Source of the DNA: Thermoanaerobaculia bacterium
GTDB lineage: Bacteria; Acidobacteriota; Thermoanaerobaculia; Multivoradales; Multivoraceae
Assembly (NCBI GenBank): GCA_963664405.1
Contig: OY761158.1
Span: 3,168,001-3,232,000 of the forward strand
Direction of reading: 5' to 3'
DNA: 64,000 bases
In this document: positions 1 to 9,441 of the stretch, in pieces
Layout: the number at the start of each line of letters is the position of its first letter
How positions within the stretch are numbered: the first letter of the stretch is position 1
Notes under the pieces: generated by a model
The model's input: the letters and a program-made list of their open reading frames with translations, nothing else
What the model was told of the DNA's origin: nothing
The model's database searches: none
Position numbers and translations under genes: made by a program

Positions 1-2259
1 CTCGAGCCCTATGGGGTCTCCTTCGGCACCGGCGGCGCGGAGCTCGTCGATGGGGAGATCGGGCGGGGTTTTCGTCTCCCACCCGTCAATCTCGTTCTCT
101 TCTCCGAAGAACAGCTCTTTCCGCGGCGACCCCCGTCGAAGCGGAAAAAGGACCGCCTGGGTCCCTTCTTCTCTGGTCTTCGCGACCTCAAGGTGGGGGA
201 CTTCGTGGTCCACATCGATCACGGCATCGGTCAACTAGTGGGTCTGCGCTCGCTTGCCGGGCTCGCGCCCGAGGCCGAGGAGCTGGCGAGGGTGGAGGAG
301 GGCACCGGTGCGATCGCCGGACGCCTCGAGGCTACGCCCGGTGAGGTCGAAGTGATGGAGATCGCTTATTCCGAAGGCCGGGCTCTCCTGCTACCGCTGA
401 ACCGCCTGGAGGAGATCCAGAAGTACAGCGGCATGGAGGGTGTGGACCCACGGCTCGATCGCCTCGGCGGCTCGAGCTGGCAGCGGACCAAGAGCCGCGT
501 GCGCAAGAGCGTCAGAGACATGGCGCGAGAGCTGTTGAAGCTCTACGCCCAGCGCGAGCTCGCCAAGGCTCCGGCAATGTTTGATGACAGCGACATGCAG
601 GCGCTCTTCGAAGGCTCCTTCGAGTTCGAGGAGACCGAGGACCAGTTGAGTGCCACAGCGGCGATCAAGCAGGATCTGGAGAGTCAGCGACCGATGGATC
701 GATTGCTCTGCGGCGACGTGGGCTTCGGCAAAACCGAGGTGGCGACCAGAGCAGCCTTCAAGGTCGTGGACTCGGGCTTTCAGGTCGCGCTACTGGCGCC
801 GACGACGATCCTTGCCGACCAGCACTTCGAGACGCTGAAGCGGCGGTTCAAGGACTTTCCTGTGACGGTCGAGATGGTCTCTCGCTTCCGCACCGCAAAA
901 GAGGTGCGGCGAATCTCTGAGGACGTGGCTGAGCAACGAGTCGACATTCTCGTCGGCACTCATCGGCTGCTCTCGAAAGACGTGCAGTTCAAGAAACTGG
1001 GTCTGGTCATCATCGATGAAGAGCAGCGCTTCGGTGTTGCTCAGAAAGAGCGACTCAAGCAGCTGCGCCAGAACGTACACGTGTTGGCAATGTCGGCGAC
1101 TCCGGTGCCTCGAACCCTGCAGCTCTCGATTGCCGGGGTTCGCGACCTTTCGCTGATCGAGACTCCGCCCAAGGACCGGATGGCAGTCGAGACTCAGATC
1201 ATGCCCTACTCGAAGGAGCTGGTGCGGGAAGCCATTGAGTTCGAGCTGGAGCGGGGCGGGCAGGTCTATTACGTCTACAACCAGGTCGCCACGATCGAGC
1301 GCATGACATCGACTCTTCGAGAGTTGATACCCGGGCTTCGCGTCACGATCGGCCACGGTCAGATGGACGTAAAAGAGCTCGCCCGGCGCATGCACGCCTT
1401 CACCAATCACGAGTACGACGTTTTGGTGGCCTCGACCATCATCGAGAACGGTATCGACATCCCCAACGTCAACACCATGCTGGTGCACCGGGCCGAAAAA
1501 TTCGGCCTCGCCCAGCTCTACCAGCTGCGCGGTCGGGTCGGGCGTAGCCACCAGCTCGCCTACTGCTACCTGCTGGTGCCGAGCGATCGCGTGCTGTCGA
1601 TGGACGCCCAGAAACGCCTGTCGGCGATCCGAGAGTTCTCCGAGCTCGGCGCCGGATTTCGCGTCGCGGCGCGGGATCTCGAGATTCGCGGCGCCGGCAA
1701 CTTGTTGGGGGCCGAGCAAAGTGGCCACATCGCGGACGTGGGGATCGAGACCTATCTTCGTTTGCTCGAAGAGACCATCCGTGAGCTCAAAGGCGAGGCG
1801 GCTGAGGAGGCGCCGTCGGTGACGATCGACCTTCCTCTGGACACCAGTATCCCCGAGCACTATGTGCAGGACACGAATCTGCGAATGGGTATCTACCGGC
1901 GCCTCGGCTCAGGAAGCGAGTCCGGCGCCGCGATCCTCGACGAGCTCAGCGATCGTTTTGGCCCGCCGCCTTCGAGCGTAAAGACGCTGGCGGCGCTCGC
2001 GGACCTCAAGCGTCTGGCTGAGGAGCTGCGAGTGCAGTCGATCTCCGCCAAGCGGAAGGAGCTGGTCATTCGTCTACGCCGTGATGCCCGCGTCGACGTC
2101 GACGAGCTCTTCCGTTTCGTGGCGAACAATCCGCAGTCGAGCTTTAGTCCCGATGGCGTCTGGAAGCTGCGAGCGGAGGATCGTGGGCAGTGGCTGCGGA
2201 TTGCCCAAGAAGCTCTGCGCTCGGTCGCGCCGCAGCTCGAGGCGGCAAGTGAAGAGTAG
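1..2259 (+). CDS. mfd: Transcription-repair coupling factor (5' truncated by window edge)
   Basis: Frame open from base 1; RID motif GDFVVHIDHGIG, SF2 helicase motifs GDVGFGKT, DEEQRFG, SATPVPRT, QLRGRVGR; TRG motif RDLEIRGAGNLLG. Confidence 0.97.
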   Translation, partial: LEPYGVSFGTGGAELVDGEIGRGFRLPPVNLVLFSEEQLFPRRPPSKRKKDRLGPFFSGLRDLKVGDFVVHIDHGIGQLVGLRSLAGLAPEAEELARVEEGTGAIAGRLEATPGEVEVMEIAYSEGRALLLPLNRLEEIQKYSGMEGVDPRLDRLGGSSWQRTKSRVRKSVRDMARELLKLYAQRELAKAPAMFDDSDMQALFEGSFEFEETEDQLSATAAIKQDLESQRPMDRLLCGDVGFGKTEVATRAAFKVVDSGFQVALLAPTTILADQHFETLKRRFKDFPVTVEMVSRFRTAKEVRRISEDVAEQRVDILVGTHRLLSKDVQFKKLGLVIIDEEQRFGVAQKERLKQLRQNVHVLAMSATPVPRTLQLSIAGVRDLSLIETPPKDRMAVETQIMPYSKELVREAIEFELERGGQVYYVYNQVATIERMTSTLRELIPGLRVTIGHGQMDVKELARRMHAFTNHEYDVLVASTIIENGIDIPNVNTMLVHRAEKFGLAQLYQLRGRVGRSHQLAYCYLLVPSDRVLSMDAQKRLSAIREFSELGAGFRVAARDLEIRGAGNLLGAEQSGHIADVGIETYLRLLEETIRELKGEAAEEAPSVTIDLPLDTSIPEHYVQDTNLRMGIYRRLGSGSESGAAILDELSDRFGPPPSSVKTLAALADLKRLAEELRVQSISAKRKELVIRLRRDARVDVDELFRFVANNPQSSFSPDGVWKLRAEDRGQWLRIAQEALRSVAPQLEAASEE

Positions 2260-3088
2260 TTGCTGCCGAGCCCTAGAGTGCGGGCTCGTCGCTGTGTTCT
2301 GTGCTTTCTTGGGCGGTTGCTTCGGCGCCTGGGAGAGTGCCGATGTGGTCGCGAGGGTGGGTGAGGATGCGGTGGAGTTTGCCGATTTCGCGGCCTTCAC
2401 GTTGGCCGGTGCTGGGGAATCCTGGGAGGTTCTCGAAGAAGAGGTTCTGGTGCGCCTCTTTCGTCAGTTTCTCGACGAACTCCTGTTCCTTCGTTTGGCG
2501 CGGGACCGGGGGCTCGTGGGGCGTACCGCGACGCGGCAGGATGCGCTTTTGGCTCTGCATTCGCAGATCGATGTCGATGGCGTTGGCGATGCGGAGGTCC
2601 GGGAGTTCCTGCGCACCCATCCCGCCGAGCTGCTGCGGCCAGAGCGTCTCGTTCTGGGGCAGTTACTGGTGCAGCAGAGGGCCGTTGCAGAGGACATCCT
2701 CGAACGCCTTCGCAGCGGTGAGGACTTCGCCGAGCTGGGCGCGCGCCTTGCCGACAGCTCTGATGTGGTGTTCGGTGGTTACACAAAGGATGTCTCGCCG
2801 CAGGATCTCGTGCCTCCCTTCCGCGATGTGCTTTTCTCTCTCAGCGCCGGCGAGGTGAGTGGCATTGTCGAGGCTGAGTACGGGTTTCACATCTTTCATG
2901 TGAGAGAACGCCGTCCCGAAGCGCCGCTGAGCTGGGAGGAGGCCGTCCCCCTTGTTTCTGAGCGATTACAGCGTGAGCTTGCGGACCGCGCCCTTGACGA
3001 TATGCTTCAGGAGGCCAGGAGCCTCTACGCGGTGGAAGTGCTGGCCGGAAATTTGCCCTTTCTCTGGGATGTTGAAGAAGACTCATGA
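2249..3088 (+). CDS. Parvulin-type peptidyl-prolyl isomerase, probable lipoprotein
   Basis: GTG overlapping the mfd end; lipobox-like LGGC; rotamase motifs GEDFAEL and GEVSGIVEAEYGFHIF; start uncertain. Confidence 0.8.
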   Translation: MKSSCCRALECGLVAVFCAFLGGCFGAWESADVVARVGEDAVEFADFAAFTLAGAGESWEVLEEEVLVRLFRQFLDELLFLRLARDRGLVGRTATRQDALLALHSQIDVDGVGDAEVREFLRTHPAELLRPERLVLGQLLVQQRAVAEDILERLRSGEDFAELGARLADSSDVVFGGYTKDVSPQDLVPPFRDVLFSLSAGEVSGIVEAEYGFHIFHVRERRPEAPLSWEEAVPLVSERLQRELADRALDDMLQEARSLYAVEVLAGNLPFLWDVEEDS

Positions 3089-4125
3089 AACGACTCGCTA
3101 GCTTTCTGATCGCTCTCGTGCTCACGACACCCTCCTTCGCGGAGGTGGCGAACAAGGTCATCGTGCGGGTCAACGATCGCATCGCTACCCTCTACGACTT
3201 CGAGGAGCGGTACCAGGTAGAGCTGCGGCGCCTCGAGGAGCAGCCTGAGGATGAGGTCGAGGGTCGCCAAGCCGCCGAGGAAACGGCGCGAAACGTGATG
3301 CGGACGCTCTTTGAAGAGTTGCTCATTCTGTCGCGAGCGGACCAGCTGGGGATCTTCATCACCGAGGGTGAGGTCGAAGAGCAGGTCCAAAGAATGCGAG
3401 AGCAAAACGGATTAGAGAGTGACGAGGACTTTGCCGCAGCTCTCGCGCAGGCGGGGATGAGTCGGGAGCAGATCAATAAGCAGTTCGAACAGAACATCAC
3501 CTCGCAGCGAGTGATGGGTCGCGAAGTGTATTCCCAGATAGAGGTCAAGGAAGAGGATCTCCGCCGTTACTACCGGGACCACATCGATGATTTTCGTACT
3601 CCCGAGCAAGTCTCCGTGCGCGAGATCGTGGTTCTGGATGACGGAAGCGCGAGCACTCAGGCTGAGGCCCTGGCAGCGCAGATCGTGGGCGATTTGCACT
3701 CAGGGAAGACGCTGGAAGAAGTGGCTGCGGCGGGTGAGGATGGTCAGCTGAGCGGCGTTATCGACCTCGGCTGGGTAGGTCGTGGCGATCTCGATGGCAC
3801 TCTAGAGACCGCCCTTTGGTCCTTGGAAAGCGGTGAGTACAGCGAGCCTACGAGGGCGCGGGGCGGCGTCCACATCGCTCTGGTCGCAGAACGAAAAGAG
3901 TCGGTGATCAAGCCCTTCAAAGAAGTGGAGGAGGTCATCGAGCGGCAGCAGCAAGGGGCGAGAAACGCTGAGAAGATCAAGGAGTATCTAGTCGAGCTCG
4001 AAGAGAAGTCCTATCTCTTTCTCGATCCGCCGCCAGAAGCCGCCGGCTTCCGCACCTCTTCCGGAGAAACACCCCTCAACGTCGATTTCGCCATCCTCGA
4101 CCCCGCCGCGGCCGAGGATCCGTAG
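3085..4125 (+). CDS. SurA-like periplasmic chaperone / PPIase
   Basis: Signal peptide, SurA N-terminal motif (NKVIVRVND), rotamase domain (DLGWV, GEYSEP..GGVHI); ATGA overlap with upstream gene. Confidence 0.85.
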   Translation: MKRLASFLIALVLTTPSFAEVANKVIVRVNDRIATLYDFEERYQVELRRLEEQPEDEVEGRQAAEETARNVMRTLFEELLILSRADQLGIFITEGEVEEQVQRMREQNGLESDEDFAAALAQAGMSREQINKQFEQNITSQRVMGREVYSQIEVKEEDLRRYYRDHIDDFRTPEQVSVREIVVLDDGSASTQAEALAAQIVGDLHSGKTLEEVAAAGEDGQLSGVIDLGWVGRGDLDGTLETALWSLESGEYSEPTRARGGVHIALVAERKESVIKPFKEVEEVIERQQQGARNAEKIKEYLVELEEKSYLFLDPPPEAAGFRTSSGETPLNVDFAILDPAAAEDP

Positions 4126-4329
4126 CCGACGGCCGCCTAGGGCGGGCGACAAGGCTGACCTGGCCGGCAGCCTTCGGGTCGCTGCCGAAGCCCCTGGTTC
4201 GTGGAGCTCGGCGTATTCGCGGCCGCGTTCCTAGCGTGCTGGCCACAGCTGGCCTGTCAAGGGCTGCTGCCGTCGCCTTCGCCTTCGCCGTCCGTTGGCG
4301 CTCGAGATCGGGGTGAGGAATCCCTAGAG

Positions 4330-4350
4330 GGACTCTTCGCGGGAGTTTTT
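4330..4350 (+). terminator. Possible intrinsic terminator
   Basis: ACTCTT-cgc-GGGAGT weak hairpin (two G-U pairs) followed by a T run. Confidence 0.3.
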
Positions 4351-4360
4351 GTGTATGTGG

Positions 4361-4395
4361 GTGGATAAATATGGACAATAATGGACAAAAATGGA
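4361..4395 (+). promoter_or_regulatory. MraZ operator (dcw box)
   Basis: Four RTGGA repeats with exact 10-bp period (4361, 4371, 4381, 4391) upstream of mraZ, matching the known GTGG-type 10-bp-phased MraZ boxes. Confidence 0.75.
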
Positions 4396-4463
4396 GCCAG
4401 ATGCTAAGTTTCGACGCTAAGCCCTTGCCTTGTTAGGGGTTGGATATCTCGAGGAGACCCGTT

Positions 4464-4922
4464 TTGGGAGATTTCCGCGGCAGCGCGCCGGCCAAAATTG
4501 ATGACAGAGGACGGCTGAAGGTGCCCACCGACTTTCGGCGGAGCCTCGAGGAGAGTTATGGCCTGGACGTCTTCGTTACGTCCGTTCGGGGGGACTGTGC
4601 GCATCTCTATCCACTCGCAGTATGGCACGAAGTGGAGCAGATGCTGTCGGAGCTGCCGCGTACCTCGAGTGCGAAAAGGCGTTTTCTCGAGCGAGTTAGC
4701 TACTTCGGGCAAGAGGGCAAGCTCGACGCTCAGGGCAGGATCGTCATCCCGCAGATTCTGCGCGAGAGCGCTGAGATGGTCGGAGAGGTCGTCGTCTTGG
4801 GGCATCAAGACCATTTCCAGATCTGGAATCGCGGTTTGATCAAGAAGCGGCTGGTCGACGAACCCTTTACAGACAGCGATCTCGACTCTTTGAGCGGGAT
4901 AAGGGGTCTGGATTCGCCATGA
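4464..4922 (+). CDS. mraZ: Division/cell wall cluster transcriptional repressor MraZ
   Basis: FRGSAPAKIDDRGRLKVP and LDAQGRIVIP (two DxxGR motifs); GAGGAG RBS before TTG 4464. Confidence 0.95.
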   Translation: MGDFRGSAPAKIDDRGRLKVPTDFRRSLEESYGLDVFVTSVRGDCAHLYPLAVWHEVEQMLSELPRTSSAKRRFLERVSYFGQEGKLDAQGRIVIPQILRESAEMVGEVVVLGHQDHFQIWNRGLIKKRLVDEPFTDSDLDSLSGIRGLDSP

Positions 4923-5879
4923 CCGACGAAGGGGGGATCGATTCGATTTGAGCACAAGCCGGTGCTATTGGACACAGCGACGGCCCTGCTCGACGCAGGC
5001 CGCGGTGGCGTCTTTGTCGACTGCACCCTCGGCCTCGGCGGCCATGCGCTCGAGCTCCTTTCGCGGTTCCCCGATGTCAGCCTCGTCGGTATCGATAGGG
5101 ATGTCGATGCCCTCGAGCTGGCTCGCTCTCGCCTCGCTCCCTTCAGCGATCGAATCGAGATCGTCGAGGGGCGGGCGAGCGAGCTCGACTCACTCCTCGA
5201 TTCGGCAGGTGTCGGCGCCGTCGCCGGGATCTTCGCCGATCTGGGCGTGTCATCGATGCAGATCGATCAGGACTCGAGGGGTTTCAGCCTACGGCGTGAT
5301 GGACCCCTCGACATGCGTATGGGCCGCGGTGACCTGACAGCGGAAGAGATCGTAAATACCTATCCGGAGGTGGATTTGGCAAGGATCATCAAAGACTACG
5401 GCGAGGAGAAGGCAGCTTCGAGGATCGCTCGTGAGCTGATCCGGGTGCGTTCGCAGGCGGCGATTTCGACCACTTTCCAGCTACGAGACGTGGTTCACCG
5501 TGCCAAACGGGGAGGCGTTCGGGATCGCGGCCGGAAGCGCTCGCGCCTCGATCCCGCAACCCTTGTGTTTCAGGCCCTACGCATCGAAGTCAACGCCGAG
5601 CTCGCCGAGCTCGAAGCGCTACTGAAACAGAGTTTGCGGCGGCTTCAAAGTAGCGGAAGGCTGGTCGTGATTTCGTATCACAGTCTCGAGGATCGGCTGG
5701 TCAAGAACATCCTGCGGGATGCCGAACGCGGGGACGTGGACTTGGTCACAGGCCGATCGCGCTCGGAGACACAGATCCTCGAGGTGCTTACCCGAAGACC
5801 GCTGCGGCCCGGAGCCGAAGAGGTTTCCGAGAATCCCCGCGCACGCTCTGCGCGCTTGCGCGCAGCGCGGAGACTCTGA
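4919..5879 (+). CDS. rsmH: 16S rRNA m4C1402 methyltransferase (start region anomalous)
   Basis: HKPVLL, DCTLGLGGH, DLGVSSMQ, GPLDMRM, ISYHSLEDRLVK, NPRARSARLR; ATG 4919 is out of frame by one base in a G6 run. Confidence 0.95.
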
Positions 5880-5881
5880 CC

Positions 5882-6223
5882 TTGCATAGCCCCTATCTCC
5901 GCCGCCGCCCGGTCGAGAACCTGGTGCTGGTGCGTGAACGGGACCGGCGCCGCGCGCGCGAGCTTGCTCGTCTCCTCTTCGGCCTCCTGCCGCTCGCGGC
6001 TGCTCTTCTCAGCTACACCTGGGTGCACACCGAGATCCTTCAGGCTGGTTACTCGGTTCGCTCTCTCGAAGATCGGCTCGAGGTCCTCGATCGCAGCGAG
6101 CGCCGGCTGCGCCTAGAGATAGCTTTTCTCTCCAGCCCGCAGAGAGTGGAGGCCGCGGCGGCGAGCGATCTGGGCATGGTATTCCCGACTCTGGAACAAA
6201 TGGTCTTCGTGGATCAGCGGTGA
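5882..6223 (+). CDS. ftsL: Cell division protein FtsL
   Basis: Single TM segment plus coiled coil, LSSPQRVE..A..DLGM motif, position between rsmH and ftsI. Confidence 0.85.
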   Translation: MHSPYLRRRPVENLVLVRERDRRRARELARLLFGLLPLAAALLSYTWVHTEILQAGYSVRSLEDRLEVLDRSERRLRLEIAFLSSPQRVEAAAASDLGMVFPTLEQMVFVDQR

Positions 6224-7947
6224 AGCGGCGACTCGTCTTCTTCGTGGTTCTGGTGCTGCTGTGGTCGGGTGCGCTGGGCGCCCGCCTTTACGAACTCCAG
6301 GTCAAGCGCCACCAGGAGTTTGCCGAGAGGGCGATGGGGCAGCAGCAGCGAGTGGTCGAGCTCTCTGCCCCCCGTGGAACCATCTACGACGCTCGCGGTC
6401 GTGAGCTCGCTGTTTCGGTCGAAGTGGAGTCCGTATACGCGGTGCCTCGCGACATTGTCGACCCACAGGCGGTGGCCCGCTCTCTCGCCGACATTCTGCA
6501 ACTACCTCCTGCAGATCTGGCAACTCGACTCGATTCCGATCGCGAGTTCGCTTGGCTGGCACGCAAGGTGGAGCCCGATGTCTCCCGCCGTGTGCGGGAT
6601 CTCGATCTCGATGGGATCTACTTCTTGCACGAGAGCCGTCGCTATTACCCGAAGCGTGAGGTCGCGGCTCAGGTTCTCGGCTACGTAGGCATGGACAACG
6701 AAGGGCTTTCGGGTCTGGAAGTCCGCTACGAGGACGTCTTGCGGGGCGGTTCGGCGACGCGGGTGCTGCTGCGGGACGCGCGCCGAGCCAGCGTCGCAAT
6801 GCCGGAGCATCCATTTGCCGAGGCGGAGCCCGGCCGCGATCTCTACCTGACCCTCGACTCCGCACTTCAATACATCGCGGAGAAAGAGCTGGCTCGAGCC
6901 GTGGAGGAGGCGCAGGCAAAGGCGGGAGTCGTCGTTGTTCTCGACCCCTCCGACTCGGCTGTGTTGGTGATGGCTTCTTATCCTTCCTTCGATCCCAACG
7001 AGTTCTCTCGTTATCCACAGGAGGCTTGGCGCAACAGAGCCGTGATGGATGCCTTCGAGCCGGGCTCGACCTTCAAGATGGTGACCGCGGCGGCTGCCTT
7101 CGACAGTCTCTTGATTACCCCGGATGACGAGTTCTTCTGTGAGAACGGTGGCATCCGACTGGGGCGCACCTACATCCGCGATCACAAGCCTTTCGGACTC
7201 CTCACTTATCGGGAGGTGATCGCCAAGTCTTCGAACGTGGGGGTCATCAAGTCGGCTCTCATTCTCGGTGACGATCGACTCCACTCGGCGATCCGTGCCT
7301 TCGGATTCGGCGAGCGCACAGGTATCGATTTGCCGGGAGAGAGCGGTGGCATCGTGGTCCCGGTCGAAAGTTGGCGCGAGGCATCCAAGGCCTATATCTC
7401 CTTCGGACAGGGGATCTCGGCGACCGCGCTGCAGATGGCCAACGCCTTTGCGACGCTCGCCAACGGCGGAGTTGTCCATCGCCCCTATGTTGGTCGCGCG
7501 ACCGGCCGCGATGGAGAGCTGAGCGAGCTTCCTGTGGTGCGGGCCCTGGGAAGGGCCATCTCGCCGCAGACGGCTGTAACCCTGCGAAGGGTCCTGGAGG
7601 GCGTGGTCAACGACGGCGGTACCGCTCGGCGCGCTCGGATCCCCGGGTATCGAGTGGCCGGTAAGACCGGAACGGCTCAGAAGGTGCTACCCGGAGGAGG
7701 GTACTCACCGACCGGTCGCATCGCGAGCTTCGTCGGCATGGTGCCCGCCCGAGATCCGAAGCTCGTGTGTTTCGTCATGCTCGACGAGCCGCGGGTCTTC
7801 ACCCACGGGGGCGTGGTCGCCGCGCCTGTATTCGCTGCCACGATGAGCCAGGCACTGCTCTATCTCGGAGTGGCCCCGGACTCCGATCTGTGGCCGGTCG
7901 ATCGCACCAAGGACGATGGCCCTCGTCCCCCCCGAGGGGAGACGTAG
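6220..7947 (+). CDS. ftsI: Class B penicillin-binding protein (PBP3)
   Basis: RGTIYD, RYYP, GLE, EPGSTFK (SxxK), SSN, KTGTAQK motifs. Confidence 0.95.
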   Translation: MKRRLVFFVVLVLLWSGALGARLYELQVKRHQEFAERAMGQQQRVVELSAPRGTIYDARGRELAVSVEVESVYAVPRDIVDPQAVARSLADILQLPPADLATRLDSDREFAWLARKVEPDVSRRVRDLDLDGIYFLHESRRYYPKREVAAQVLGYVGMDNEGLSGLEVRYEDVLRGGSATRVLLRDARRASVAMPEHPFAEAEPGRDLYLTLDSALQYIAEKELARAVEEAQAKAGVVVVLDPSDSAVLVMASYPSFDPNEFSRYPQEAWRNRAVMDAFEPGSTFKMVTAAAAFDSLLITPDDEFFCENGGIRLGRTYIRDHKPFGLLTYREVIAKSSNVGVIKSALILGDDRLHSAIRAFGFGERTGIDLPGESGGIVVPVESWREASKAYISFGQGISATALQMANAFATLANGGVVHRPYVGRATGRDGELSELPVVRALGRAISPQTAVTLRRVLEGVVNDGGTARRARIPGYRVAGKTGTAQKVLPGGGYSPTGRIASFVGMVPARDPKLVCFVMLDEPRVFTHGGVVAAPVFAATMSQALLYLGVAPDSDLWPVDRTKDDGPRPPRGET

Positions 7948-7953
7948 TTGATC

Positions 7954-9441
7954 ATGGAGGACGACGTGATCTTGCGCGATGTCGTTGCGGATCTGCCGCT
8001 GGTCTGGCAAGCGGCGGCAAAGCGAGGAGCCGAGCTCGAAATCCAAGGTATTTGTCACGACTCTCGCCGGGTCGAGAGCGGAGATCTCTTCGTTACCTGG
8101 AAGGGCGAGAAGTGGGAAGGTGACGCCTTCATCGAGGAAGCCGAGCGTAGGGGTGCGGTAGCCGTGGTCGCCGACTCCTTTTCGGGAGAATCCGAGCTCC
8201 CCTGCCTGTTGGCCGAAGATCCGCGTTCTCTTCTCGGCGCCGTCGCAAGCCGGGTCTACGAACATCCCGATCGTGAGCTCTGCCTGGTAGGCGTTACAGG
8301 GACCAACGGTAAGAGCACGACCGTAGCCCTGGTGGCAGAGATGCTCACCGAGTCCGGGAAGCCGGCAGCCTGCCTTGGCACGCTCGGTTATCGCTTCGGC
8401 TCGCTCGAGCTCGGCGGCGAGCGCACGACTCCCGAGGCCTCCGATCTCTTTCGGATCCTGCGTCGCGTGCGGGATCACGGTGCCGAGGCGGCGGTGATGG
8501 AAGTGTCCTCCCACGCCCTGGTTCAAGGGCGGGTTTCGTGCGCCGGTTTCGACATCGGCGTGTTTCTCAATCTCAGTCGCGATCACCTCGACTTCCATAA
8601 AGATATGGAGCGCTATTACGAGGCCAAGTCACGTCTCTTCGAACTTCTCAATAGCGGAGGCAGGGCCGTTGTCGGAGTCGACGACTCATGGGGAGTCCGC
8701 CTCGCCGAGGCCGTCCCTGGAGCGTTGACCTTCGGTGAGAATGGGGCTGTCCGCTTCGCTTCTCATGATCTGACTCGGAACGGGGTGTCCGGCGTGATCC
8801 AGACCCCGAGAGGCCGTTTTCGTTTCCGCTCCCCGCTCCTCGGCGGCTACAACGCCTCGAACATTCTCGCCGCGGCGGCGGTCGCCGAAGCCCTAGCCCT
8901 ACCTCATCGAAGCGTGGCCAAGGCACTCGAGAGCGTGCGTCCGCTGCCGGGTCGAATGGAGGTCGTCGACGGCGGCCAGCCCTTCGCCGTGATCGTCGAC
9001 TTCGCCCACACCGACGGTGCTCTACGCGCAGCCCTAGGCTCGATGCGCAGCCTGGGCGAGGACCGCCTGGTGGTGGTTTTTGGTTGCGGCGGCGAACGCG
9101 ATCGAGGCAAGCGTGAGCTGATGGGCCACGCCGCCGCGGAGCTGGCGGACTTCGCGATCGCGACCTCGGACAATCCCCGCGGTGAGGAGCCCGAGGCGAT
9201 TCTCGAGGCAGTCGAGAGAGGTATGAGTCAGGTCGCCGATGCGCGATACGAAATAATCCCCGATCGCGCGCGGGCCATCGAGAGAGCGATTGCGATCGCT
9301 CGGCCTGGCTGGAGTGTCCTGATTGCCGGCAAGGGGCACGAGGAGACGCAGATCGTCGGTACTCGACGGATTCCATTTGTTGACCGTGAAGTGGCGATGA
9401 GAGCCCTCGGAGAAGGTTTTGGCTCGGCGTCGATTGAGTGA
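7954..9441 (+). CDS. murE: UDP-MurNAc-tripeptide synthetase (mDAP-adding)
   Basis: GVTGTNGKST, MEVSSH, DHLDFH, DFAHT, DNPR, AGKGHE; start could be GTG 7966. Confidence 0.95.
   Translation: MEDDVILRDVVADLPLVWQAAAKRGAELEIQGICHDSRRVESGDLFVTWKGEKWEGDAFIEEAERRGAVAVVADSFSGESELPCLLAEDPRSLLGAVASRVYEHPDRELCLVGVTGTNGKSTTVALVAEMLTESGKPAACLGTLGYRFGSLELGGERTTPEASDLFRILRRVRDHGAEAAVMEVSSHALVQGRVSCAGFDIGVFLNLSRDHLDFHKDMERYYEAKSRLFELLNSGGRAVVGVDDSWGVRLAEAVPGALTFGENGAVRFASHDLTRNGVSGVIQTPRGRFRFRSPLLGGYNASNILAAAAVAEALALPHRSVAKALESVRPLPGRMEVVDGGQPFAVIVDFAHTDGALRAALGSMRSLGEDRLVVVFGCGGERDRGKRELMGHAAAELADFAIATSDNPRGEEPEAILEAVERGMSQVADARYEIIPDRARAIERAIAIARPGWSVLIAGKGHEETQIVGTRRIPFVDREVAMRALGEGFGSASIE

Noticed and set aside
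4126-4350. RNase P RNA (rnpB), often found upstream of mraZ
   Set aside because: Too short, and the GAGGAAAGUCC and AACAxAAxxCGGCUUA signatures are absent
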